DNA of 64,000 bases from Okamejei kenojei (taxonomy: Eukaryota). The position numbers were made by a program, and so were the translations under genes. The notes under the pieces were generated by a model. That model was not told the DNA's origin, did no database searches, and saw only the letters and a program-made list of their open reading frames with translations. The stretch's first letter is position 1. The number at the start of each line of letters is the position of its first letter. Positions 23,360-35,200 of the stretch are shown piece by piece. The stretch is taken from assembly GCA_035221665.1 (NCBI GenBank), contig CM069144.1:61814001-61878000 (forward strand), in the 5' to 3' direction.

Positions 23360-25172
23360 CAAAGTGGAAAACTTTATTATTTCTGTCAAAGACAGAAATA
23401 CAAAGAAGAAATATTAATGTTAGAAGCTGGAGTATAGGGTGTCAAAAGACTTGTACAAACTTGATCCAGTATTGGAAGAAGGACTTCTGAGAGTGGGTGG
23501 TCATCTGAATAGACAAGCAATTCCTGAAGAGGCCAAGCATCCGATTATACTCTCAAAGGAATTTCACATATCAACATTATTGTTATGACATGTCCATGAA
23601 CTGTTTGAACATGGAGGAAGAAATTAGATGCTGTCCCAACTTCGTAAGAAATATTGGATTATCAAAGCCATCTCCGCTGCGAGAAAGATAATAAAAAAAC
23701 TGTACTGTGTGTAGGCGACAGTGTGGAAGAGTTGGAGAACAGAAACTGGCAGACTTACCTCTGGAGAGGATTCTACCTGATAAGCCTCCATTTGCAGATG
23801 TGGGGGTAGATTATTTCAGTCCTATTAAGGTTGTGAAGACGAAGCCTTGTAAAAAGGTATGGTGTAATCTTCACTTGCATGGCGATCAGGGCAGTACATC
23901 TTGAAGTTGCATCCACACTCGATATGGACTCCTGTATTCTTGCATTACAGAGATTCGTTTGTCAAAGATATCAAGTTCTATCATTAAGATCGGATAAAGG
24001 TACGAATTTTGTTGGAGCGGAAAGTGAAAGCACTTTAAGGATAAGGGGGAAAGTTAAGCACTTAAAGGCTTAAATCAGAATAAGTGCCAGAATGATATGC
24101 TTCAACGAGGGATAAGATGGAATTTTAATCCTCCAGCGGGTTCTCATCATGGTGGTGTTTGGGAATGGTTGATCCACATGGTTAGGAATGTGCTATGCTC
24201 TGTTCTTAAACAACAAGTTCTGGATGATGAAGGAATGCAAACTTTATTCTGTGAAGTTGAAGCAATTTTAAATGAGCAACCCATTACCAAGAGTTCTAAA
24301 GAAGACTAATCTAATGCTACCACCTGGGCTCTTCGTGAAAGAAGATTTATATACCTGACGCATGTGAAAACAAGTACAATATGTGGCAGATCTATTTTGG
24401 AAAATGTGAACACAAGTATATTTGCCTCTAATCCAAGAACGACAACAATGGTCGAGGATTAGAAGACACTTTGTTCCAGGTGATATTGTTTTGGTGGTTT
24501 ATTCCACTGCACCACGGGGTCCTTGGTTGATGGGAAAGATACTGGATTAAGGGTTTGGTACGTACAGTACAACTTCAGACTAAGAATAATGTTTTAATAC
24601 GATCAATAATCAAGTTATGCTTGCTTCTAGAAGGCAAATAAGAAGAGGGAAGAATAGCTAAAGAAGTCTGAATGCTGATATATAATGCATGTTATTTTTG
24701 TTTTTTGATATATGTTAAGCTTTTATAGCTCCTGTTTAATCTCTATTAGTAATTGCCTCATTATATACTCAGAACAATTAGGGGCCGGTATGTAGGAGCC
24801 ATTTAGACTGGGGCGTGTTCGTGGCTAGGATTCTGATGCAGACTCCCAGATAGTTTAGTTTAGTTCGATGAAGACCATGGGGAAGATATAGTTTTCAATC
24901 ATGATCGCGAGTATGATTGAAACGTATATGCTGGAAGACTATGTAGTGATTTTACTATTTTGTACTACTACAATAAAGAAACTAGTAATCAAGAGGCTGT
25001 TTCTTGAATATTCATCTTTCGATGGCTTTGAGTGTCTCGTGGAGAGCTCATGGAATGCGTAAGATTACAATCTAAACCTTGGTCAGCAAATGAGTGATTA
25101 TCGGGGGCTAAAACCTTGAGAGGTCGTAAAGACTGTCACTACAGACAATCTGCATGTTTGACAGCTTCCTAC

Positions 25173-25299
25173 CATCAAAAACACGCAGGGTTCGTCATGT
25201 TGGTTCTGAAGCCTGGACTGCAACTGCACCTGAAACTTCCGATTGTGTTGGTGAAAATTTGTTGGCATTTGGAGGTATTGGTTGCTCATTCATTGATGT
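25173..25299 (-). pseudogene. cbEGF pseudo-exon C1
   Basis: 127 nt; Cys1 codon is TGA (GAC ATC AAT GAA TGA), Cys3 is TTC, +1 nt near Cys6; acceptor pyrimidine tract degraded (gtatattcacctag). Confidence 0.85.
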
Positions 25300-25459
25300 C
25301 TAGGTGAATATACCCATTATTTCATTTTACAACTAAAAGCTGAACGTCAAATTTCATCACATTTTTAATATATCATCATGTTATCTTGTGTGTCAAAGTG
25401 CTCTTCCTAATGAATATAAATTTTATTTCCCCATAACTTTGAGAAAAGATGGAATGGAA

Positions 25460-28400
25460 CAGAAACATGTGAATTTATAATGGGAAACAAGCAGACCAGT
25501 TAAAAAAGTACTTCACTAAAGAAGACACAATCTCCTAGAAATACTAGGGGACCAAGGATCTAGCGTGACGATGGACTGAAAGTAATTCACATAAAGGGCC
25601 TGTTCCACTGTATGCGGTAATTCAAGAGTTCTCCCGAGTTTCCCCCGATTCGAACTGAGAACTATGGTAATAGCCATTCATAGGCACTCGGGGCTCTCGT
25701 GGACATTTTTCACAGTGCTGAAAAAACTTCACGAGTTACCGCGTTTCCCGAGTACCTGCCGTTAGCATTACGAACCACTACGAGACACCCACGAGCTCCA
25801 GTACTAACCACGAGTAAGAATATTTTTAAACTCGGGAGAGCTCTTGAATTACCTCGTACAGTGGGACAGGCCCTTTAGTCATGAAATGGTATTAGTTAAA
25901 CTGTTTGGACTGAAGGAAGATAAATCCCCATGGCTTGATGGTCTGCATCCTAGAATACTCAAGGAGGTGGCCCTAGAAATTGTGGATGCATTGGTGATCA
26001 TTTTCCAATGTTCTTTAAACTCTGGATCCGTTCCTGTGGACTGGAGGGTAGCTATGTAAAGGGGCTGTCCCATTGCGGCGACCTAATTGGTGAGTTTAGG
26101 AGAGTTTGAAAAAAAATCATGTTGAAGACCTCCTTCGACTATGTAGAAGACGTTGTTTGACCTCCTTCGACTATGGTGATGACCAGCTTCGACTAGCTTC
26201 AGGAAAATTGGACACCGAATACTGGAGAGTGAAGACGACCTCCCTTCGACCTCCCTTTGACGATATTGAAGACTATCTACGACTACCTTCGACTACCTTT
26301 GATTACCTTTGACTGCCCTCGATTACCTATGAATAATATGCCAACCAACTACGACATCGACTAAATCTATGAGTAAAAAAAAGGATTGATTTTTTCCATG
26401 GCAACCTTTTTTTACTCGTGGGCAGTTTTCAACATGTTGAAAAATACGCAGCGACCTAGCTGAGGCCTCGAGTACGCGGGGACTCTCGACCATGAAGGAG
26501 AGTTACAAAGACCTCCTAGGACCTCATGTCGACCATGCTGTGAGTATGAGGCGAGGGCAAACTCGCCAGAACTCGCCGCAGTGGGACAGCCCCTTTAAGA
26601 AAGGAGGGAGAGGGAAAACTGAGAATTATAGACCAGATATCCTGGTCTATAATACATTGGTATTAGGGTAGATGCTTGAGACGATTATTAAAGATATAAT
26701 AGCAGCGCATTTGGAAAGCAGTGACAGGATCGGTCAAAGTCAGCATGGATTTATGAAGGGGATATCATGCTTGACTAATCTTCTGGAATTTTTTGAGGAT
26801 GTAACAAGTAGAATGGATAAGGGAGAGCCAGTGTATGTGGTTTATCTAGAGTTTCAAAAAGCCTTTGACAAGGTCTCACACAAGAGAGTGGCGGCGCTGC
26901 CCTGGCAGCAGCGGCTCACCTGCAGTCCGTCTGTTTTTCTTTTTTTTTGTTTTCTTGTCTTATTTTAGCGTTAATTTGAGTTATTAAGCAGTTTATGTGT
27001 GTGGGAGTGGTGGGAGAAACGTTTTTAGTCTCTTCCTTTTGGGGGGGACGCGACTTTTCTTGTCGTATCCCCCATCTCCGTCTCCGTCTGCGCTGAGGCC
27101 TAACTGCGCTGACAGCCTCCAACTGCGACTGACCTCGAGGCTCTGGAGGCAGAGCCAGCCAGGACTTACCAGCGTGGGGCTGGCCGACTTCGGGGCTGTG
27201 GCAGGTTCAAGCGTTCCGGCGTTCCGGCGGCCAGACTCGGAGCTGTGGTGGCTTTCCGGTGGCGGTGGCGGCAGCAGCGACCTCGGAGGTTCGGCCGCGG
27301 GCCCAGTGGACAACATCGAGGGGAGCTCGCAGGTCACAGGTTGGTGACCTGTTTTTCCGGAGCTCCTGCGGCAACAGCTGCGTCCGCTGGACTGGAGGGC
27401 GGCAGCTTCGGCAGCTTCGACCGCCGCGGATTTGAACAAGACCGCTCACGGAGCGCGGTTCACCCGCGGGACTTATTTACATCACCCGGTGCGGTCACAA
27501 CATCGGACGCCCGGGTCGCCTCAGCGCAGAGGAAGAGGAAGAACAAGAAGGGAAGAGACAAAGACAAGATTTTTGCCTTCCATCACAGTGAGGAGGTGTC
27601 TGGTGAACTCACTGTGGTGGATGTTAAATATGTGTTTATTGTGTGTTTTGTTATTTACTATACGTATGACTGCAGGCAACGAAATTTCGTTCAGACTGCA
27701 AGGTCTGAATGACAATAAAGTTTTCCATGATTCCATGAAGAGATTAGTGTGCAAAATTAGAGCATATGATCTTGGGGGTAGGTATTCACATGGATAGAGA
27801 ACTGGTTGGCAGACAGGAAGCAAAGAGTAGGAATTAATGCGTCCTTTTCAGAATGGCAGACAGTGGCCAGTGGGATGCCGCAAGCTCAGTGATGGGACCC
27901 CAGTATTTATATTTAGACAAAGGAATTAAATGTAACATCTCCAGGTTTGCGGGTGACACAAAGCTGGGGGCAATGTGAGCTGCGAGGAGGATGCTATGCA
28001 AAGTGACTTGGATAGGTTGGATGAGTGGGCAGATGCATGGCAGATGCAGTATACTGTGGATAATGTGAGGTTTTCCACTTTGCTGGCAAGAACAAGAAGG
28101 CAGGTTATTGTCTGAATGGTGTCAGATTAGAAGGGGAGGTGCAACGAGACCCATATCTCCTTGTGCATCAGACACTGAAGGTAAGCACGCAGGTACAGCA
28201 GGCAGTGAAGAAAGCAAATGAAAGTTGGCCTTCATAGCGAGAAAATTTGAGTATAGGAGCAAGGAAGTCCTACTGCAGTTGTACAGGGCCTTGGTGAGAC
28301 CGCACCTGGACTATTGTGTACAGCTTTGGTCTCCTAATTTGAGGAAGGACATTCTTGCTATTGAAGAAGTGCAGCGTAGGTTCACCAGGTTAATTCCTGG

Positions 28401-28802
28401 GATGGCAGAATTGACATACAATGAAACACTGGCAGTTATATGGATGAGAGGATTATTGTGAAACATATATTCTTAAGGGATTGGACAGGCTAGATGCAGG
28501 AAAAATACAGGGAGTCCAGAACCAGAGGTCACTGTTCTCAATGAGACTCACAGGTGGAAAACCGTTTTCAGCCAGGGAGATATGAATCTGTGTAATTCTA
28601 TGCCATTGAAGACAGTGGAGACTTTGGATGTATTCAAGAGAGAGTTAGATATAGTTCTTATGGCTAACAGAATCAAGGGATATGGGGAAAAAGCAGGAAC
28701 AATGTACTGATTCTGGATGATCAGCCATAATCATATTGAATGGTGGTTCTGGCTCAAAGGGCCAAATGGCCTGCTCCTTCACCCATTTTCTATGATTCGA
28801 TG
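25460..28802 (+). mobile_element. Decayed CR1 with nested MITE 1 (25595-25874), MITE 2 (26060-26594) and GC-rich retroposon (26888-27737)
   Basis: Paralog of 3493-6883 with identical insertion points. Confidence 0.9.
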
Positions 28803-29063
28803 AAATAGGATCACGTGATAAAGGAGCAAGAGTATTGGCCGTTAGAATGGTATTTTACACCGACAATTAAATAATGAAAAAAAACCCGACTGTTAAATAA
28901 AATAATGATGTCACAGATATAATATCCAATTTTGAAAGAGATTAATTATTGAAGGCAAACATGTTGCCTTCAAAACAACCAAAATGAACTCCAGGATGGG
29001 AAATGCCATCAGATAATCCATTGGAGAATGCCATCAGATATTGCATTTTTGACAGCTTCCTAC

Positions 29064-29189
29064 CATCACAAAGCGCCGGGTTGGTTACGTTGGTTCTGAA
29101 GCCTGAACCGCAACTGCACGTGAAGCTTCCGTTTGTGTTCTTGCAGATTTGTTGGCATTTGGAGGTGTTGGTTGCACATTCATTGATAT
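29064..29189 (-). CDS. cbEGF domain exon A3 ([42 protein letters not shown])
   Basis: 126 nt, AG/GT bounded, phase 1-1, within ORF 28942..29241. Confidence 0.9.
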
Positions 29190-30769
29190 CTAGGAGAAAA
29201 TGCCCAATTATTTCATTTTTTAACAAAAAGCTGAACGTCAAATTTCATCATATTTTTAATATATCATCATGCTATCTTGTGTCAAAGTGATCTTCCTAAT
29301 GAAAATACAATTTATTTCTCCATAACATTGATTCAGCACAATCATTTTAATTGAAGTCTGAAATGAAATTGATCCTAGCACACAAGCTCACAGCAAATCA
29401 TCATAAATCTTCAGTTAATAAATTTGCCAGATAACCGTTGTTGAATGAAGACCTGTAGATTATGTAGGTCAAATAGAACCACAAGGTGGAATATTTGCAG
29501 AGAGATTCTGATGCACTCTCATGGATATTTTAACCATTCCAGTCATTGAATTCTAGCCACCAGGTTCATATCCAACTCGTACGGTGTTACATCTTTTCCA
29601 CATTGAAATGTGTCTCCAGGACTCCATTGAGGGAGGCTAGTTTGAGGATGCCTAACGTCATGTATTCAGTTAAACCAATGATGTGGCGTGGAGAAGAGAG
29701 CAGTGGGCAGCGAGGAGAGGAATAGAAGAAAAGTGAAAGGGGGTGAATACCAGGTACCGACTGATAAAGTTGGGAGGACTTGACCAACATACCGTTTGGT
29801 AAAGGGATTGCATTGCAGAGGAGCTGACTGTATGATGGGGGAGCGAGAGACCCTCAGACTGGATGGCGTGAAGGGCAGAGAACTACAAGCTATAGGATTG
29901 CATGACAAGCAGTAAGGGGGTAACATGGAGGCAGATTACATAATGTTCAGTGCTCAGAGTTCGATATGAGGCCGTCATTTAAAATGGAGGAAGCTGGAGA
30001 TGAATTGGGAACTTTCTGATTGCACAGAGGTGGGACTGAAATAGGACACATGATTACAGGGTGCTGGGGTTGGGAGCTTTGGTGCAGTGAATGAACTAGA
30101 ATGAGTTGTTGACTTGCCTGGGAGGAATAACAGTGTAACATCATCATAAAATCTATTTGGTCACTTTTGGAACAAGGTGATCCAAGTTCACCTGCAATAT
30201 TTAAAAAGCAGCATGCAATGGAGATTAACAAATGTAATAAAATAGATTTGTGCACAGTTTGACATGTTAGTCACACATTGATCAATATCTGAAGGAAACA
30301 ATCCAATCACACCTGACTCAAACAAAAACAAAACTGCTGGAAGATCCCAACCAGTCAAGTGGCTTCTGTGAAAATAGAGACCAGTTGGCATTTGGTTCAA
30401 TGATCCTTTCTCAGGATGAGGTTAGAGTGGGGGTTTACAGTTTTAAAAGCAGAGCCAGAGAAAGGAGTGGTGTGTTAGAGAAAAGACGGAAATGAAATAG
30501 GATCAGGTGTTAAAGGAACAAGAGTACAGGCCATTAGCAAGGTATTTTACAAATACAATTGAAAAATTAACAAAAGCCTGATCATTAAATAAAATAATGA
30601 TGTAGCAAATATTTAACCTAATTTCAAATGGTTGTGGTAAGTGATTTACTGTTGAAGATAAACATGTTGCCTTAAAAACAATCAAAGTGAACCCTCGAAT
30701 CAGAAAATCCCAAAAGCTAATCCATTGGAGAATGCCATCAGATAGTCTGCATGTTTGACAGCTTCCTAC

Positions 30770-30895
30770 CATCACAAAGCGCAGGGTCGTTCACATTAAT
30801 GCTGAAGCCTGGACCACAACTGCACACGAAGCTTCCGATTGTGTTGGTGCAGTTTTGTTGACATTTGGAGGTGTTGGTTGCACATTCATCGATGT
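30770..30895 (-). CDS. cbEGF domain exon B3 ([42 protein letters not shown])
   Basis: 126 nt, AG/GT bounded, phase 1-1, six Cys. Confidence 0.88.
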
Positions 30896-31175
30896 CTAGG
30901 ACAAAATAAACATTATTTCATTTTACAACAAATACTGAACATGCCAAATTTCATCACATTTCTAATATGTCATCATGATAAAGTGTGTGTCAAAGTCCTC
31001 TTCCTAATGAATAGAAATGTTATTTCTCCATAACATTAATTTAGCACAATCATTTTAATTGAAGTCAGAAATAAAAATGGATCCGACCACACAAGTACAC
31101 AGCAAATGATCATGAATATCCAGTTAATAATTTTGCCAGATTACCATTGCTGAATGAAGACCTGTAGATTATGTA

Positions 31176-32235
31176 CAGTGCCCTCCCTAATGTTTGGGAC
31201 AAAGAACGATCATTTATTTATTTACCTCTGTACTCCACAATTTGAGATTTTTAATAGAAAAAGAAATCACATGTGATTAAAGTACACATTGTCAGATTTT
31301 AATAAAGGCCATTTTTATACATTTTGGTTTCACCATGTAGAAATTACAGCAGTGTTTATACATAGTCCCCCCATTTCAGGGAACCATAATGTTTGGGACA
31401 TAGCAATGTCATGTAAATGAAAGTAGTCACGTTTAATATTTTGTTGTATATCTTTTGTATGCAATGACTGCTTGAAGCCTCCAATTCATGGACATCACCA
31501 GTTGCTGGGTGTCTTCTCTGGTGATGCTCTGCCAGGCCTGTATTGCAGCCATCTTTAGCTTTTGCTTGTTTTGGGGGGGTCGTCCCCTTCAGTTTTCTCT
31601 TCAGCATATAAAAGGCATGCTCAATAGGGTTCAGATCAGGTGATTGACTTGGCCACTCAAGAATTGACCCATTTTTAGCTTTGAAAAACTCCTTTGTTGC
31701 TTTAGCAGTATGCTTGGGATCATTGTCTTGCTACAGAATGAACCACTGGCCAATGAGTTTTGAGGCATTTGGTTGAACTTGAGCAGATAGGATGTGTCGA
31801 TACACTTCAGTATTCATTACGCTACTACCATCAGCAGTTGTATCATCAATGAAGATAACTGAGCCAGTTCCTTCAGCAGCCATGCATGCCCAGGCCATAA
31901 CACCCCCACCACTCTGTTTCACAGATGAGGTAGTATGCTTTGGATCATGGCAGTTCCTTCTCTCCTCCATACGTTGCTCATACAATTACTCTGATATAAG
32001 TTAATCTTCATCTCATCTGTCCGAAATACCTTTTTTCCCAGAACTGTGCTTACTCTTTTAAGTATTTCTTTCAAAATGTAACCTGGCCATCCTAATTTTG
32101 TAACTAACCAGTTTGCATCTTGCAGTTTAGCCTCTGTATTTCTGTTCATGACGTTTTCTGCGGGCAGTGGTCATTGATACATCCACACCTGACTCATGTA
32201 GAGTGTTTCTGGCCTGTCGTATAGGTGTTTGGGGA
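31176..32235 (-). mobile_element. Tc1-like transposon remnant
   Basis: TA|CAGTGCCCTCC end; transposase fragments in ORFs 31731..31985 and 31919..32149 (KKVFRTDEMKINLY). Confidence 0.88.
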
Positions 32236-35200
32236 TTTTACTTCGGAGTCACGTGAGTGATCCGTGAAGAAGCCCGCCAGTTTGCATGTGCGTCATTACG
32301 TCTGATGCATGGCACCACGACGGGCTGGCAGGCGTGTAGCTCCACCAGCGGTAAGTTTTAAACACTTACCCTCAGGTAAGTGTTTAAAACTTAGTTGAGG
32401 TCGTTTCCTTGGGTTCTGTTACAGGAGCAAGTTCGAACCAATTGAGAAAATGACTAAGGTGAGGTCGAGGCGGGCCACCGGGAGAGCAGCTATGGAAGAC
32501 CGCGGGAGTGCAGGTAGCGGGCGGTCGTCTATCTTGCCTTCTGAGTCGCTGGCGCCATGGCCAGTGGCTTCAGACTAGGTGCCGCTTGAAAGCACTGTGG
32601 CTACACCGATGGGACGGAAAGCCACTAAGAAGTCGGTAAGGCCCGTTGACTCGGACGAGTCGGGCCAGGTGTGTTCCCCTCCCACAAAGGATAGCGTCTT
32701 CGGATGGAGCTCCTGATGGAGAGGATGCTCCATCATGATATGCTCCAACAAGAGGAGTTATATCACCGCGGGTCTCCTCGGGGGCCCGTGGCAGCGGCAC
32801 CTGTTTCAGGGCAGCATAATGTCTCCCATCGGAGGAGGAGAGCATTCAGGGTCAGTTTTGTTCTGACTCTGAGTTCAGAGGTATAGCCGGTGAGCATACC
32901 TCAAGGCAAGAAGGGCGCGAACCAGAGGTGCCAAGCATGGCATCAAGATTTGCTATCCCGACCGAAACTGGGGAACCGCTGGATGTAGATCTGGCCATGA
33001 CTATAAATTACATGGCCTCACACCAGCTACAAGCGCTCACAATGGAAGAAACTTCCAAAAAATACGAAACATCCACCAATTGTGCCTCACTCAAAGTGCC
33101 AATTGTTAAAGTGAGGCTCCAGAAGATACTGAAGCTGCTCGCTTCAGGCATTACAGCTTTCGCTAGGTCAGTGGATGGAGGGCCCCTGTCTGAGGTGCAG
33201 CAGGATGCTCTGGCCCTAACGTGCAATGCACATTTTGAAATAAACTGCCTAAGAAAGAGTGCCTTCCATCTTACTCTGAACCGCAAGTTTGCAGCACTGT
33301 GCAAATCCAGCAATGTGCAACCACCAAATCTTCTGTTCGGTGAAGATCTATCAAAACGGGTCAGAGAGCTGGACGATGAGGTGAAAACAGTCGGCCTCAT
33401 AAAAGCCCCGCCGACTAGCAAAACCCCACTTCGGTGGCAGCACCCCTACAAATGGCTCGCTGAAACTGGTTCAGGCCAAGGACCAAGCCAGCCCTTGCCA
33501 AACATGCGCGATTGGCGCACGCCAACATTTTTACCCACCAAAACTCGGGGCAGAATTATCCACCGGCGACCATGGAGGTAGATGGGTCTGGTTCTTTTCA
33601 GAACATATCATGTATGGATCAGTTACAAGTTGGTGGGAGATTACACTTGTTTTTCAATGAATGATGTTGGATGACATCAGATTAGTTTATACTGCACAGT
33701 TTAAAAGGGTTCCGAATCGAATTCCTTTTCAATTTGCGTCCACCATACACAGCATACGGACATTGTTTTTTTCACATCAAGTGTCTTTGGATGTACAAGC
33801 TGAAATTGAAACGTTATCTAAAAAAGGGGTAATTGAGAAGTCGTTTCATCAAATCTCACCAATTTGTGTCCAATATATTTCCCATACCAAAGAAGGATGG
33901 TGGATGTCGAATCATCCTTGATTTAACTCGGCTTAACTCCTTTGTGCAGTATAATCATTTCAAAATGGAAACTTTTGTTACTGCTAAACAACTGGTTTCA
34001 AAATGATGTTATATGGCATGCATAGACCTTAAAGATGCATACTATTCAGTACCCATTCATTGTGATCACCGGAGATATTTGAAGTTTAGCTGGATGAGGC
34101 AACTATGGCAGTTTAAAGCATTGCCTAATGAGTTAACTTCGGCCCCTAGATTATTTACAAAATTGTTAAAACCAGTGTTGGGCCTACTCCGGGCCCAGAA
34201 TCATATTGTAATGGCCTATTTGGATGATGTCCTAATCTTAGGTAAGACTTGGCAATCAGCTGAGTTATCTGTTTCAGCTGCCAAACTCATGTTTGAGAGG
34301 TTGGAGTTTCTCATCCATCCAGTTAAATCTAAATTGATACCATCTAGATTTATTGATTATTTGGGATTCACCATTAATTCAACTCACATGTCTGTGACTC
34401 TGCCTAGGGGCAAGAGATCAGAATTAATAGAAGCTTGTAACAATCTTGTTGATGAACAGCAACCTTCTAATCGAAAGGTAGCTAGTATAATTGGCAAATT
34501 AGTGACTGCTTTTACAGCAGCACAGTTTGGGCCTTTACATTATCAAAACTTACAATGTGCAAAGGAGCAGGCACTCAAAATACATGCTGGTCACTTCAAT
34601 AGATCCATGTGGTTACCAGGTGAAGCCATTGCTGAGTTACAGTGGTGGATAGCGAATATTTGGCATTGCTCCAGTAAAATTCTGATTGAGAGACCTTCAG
34701 TTATTTTACAAACTGATGTTAGTGCTCTAGGATGGGGAGCTACTGATACCGTCTCTAGCTGTGGTGGCAGATGGAATATGCATGAGGCATTAATTCTTCA
34801 ATCACATGGTATTAACTATTTAGTGTTGTTGGGAGCACTCTATGGCCTAAAGGCGTATTGTACTAGTATGCATGACTTGCATGTTCAGCTTCAGACTGAC
34901 AACACTACAGCAGTAGCATACGGTAATCATATGGGTGGAATCAAGTGGGTATCCTGTGATACATTGGCTAACCTTATTTGGCACTGGTGTATTACAAGAA
35001 ACATCTGGGTTTCAGCCAACAACTTACCAGGTAGATTCAACATGCTGGCGGACACCAGGTCACGAAAATCCAATGACAACACAGAATGGATGTTGAATCA
35101 TAAAATATTTAATGATATTGTCGCTCGGCATGGCATACCAGATATCGATTTGTTTGCATCCAGACTAAATCACCAGTTACCAAAGTATGTTTCATGGGAA

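Larger units (their letters stand above)
16779..25143 (+). mobile_element. BEL/Pao LTR retrotransposon, decayed (copy 1)
   Basis: gag YDGDPLHY and CFGCLKKGHMVKDC; protease AFLDHGS; RT WYIPHHGVY...RVVFDCAA...DIKGMFHQV; RNase H SDASESGY/KARVAPLKQMTIPRMEL; integrase GVDYF, SDKGTNFVGA, WNFNPPAGSHHGGVWE; LTR-like ends ~16779-17050 and 24791-25143 after the purine tract aattaggggccgg. Confidence 0.92.
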
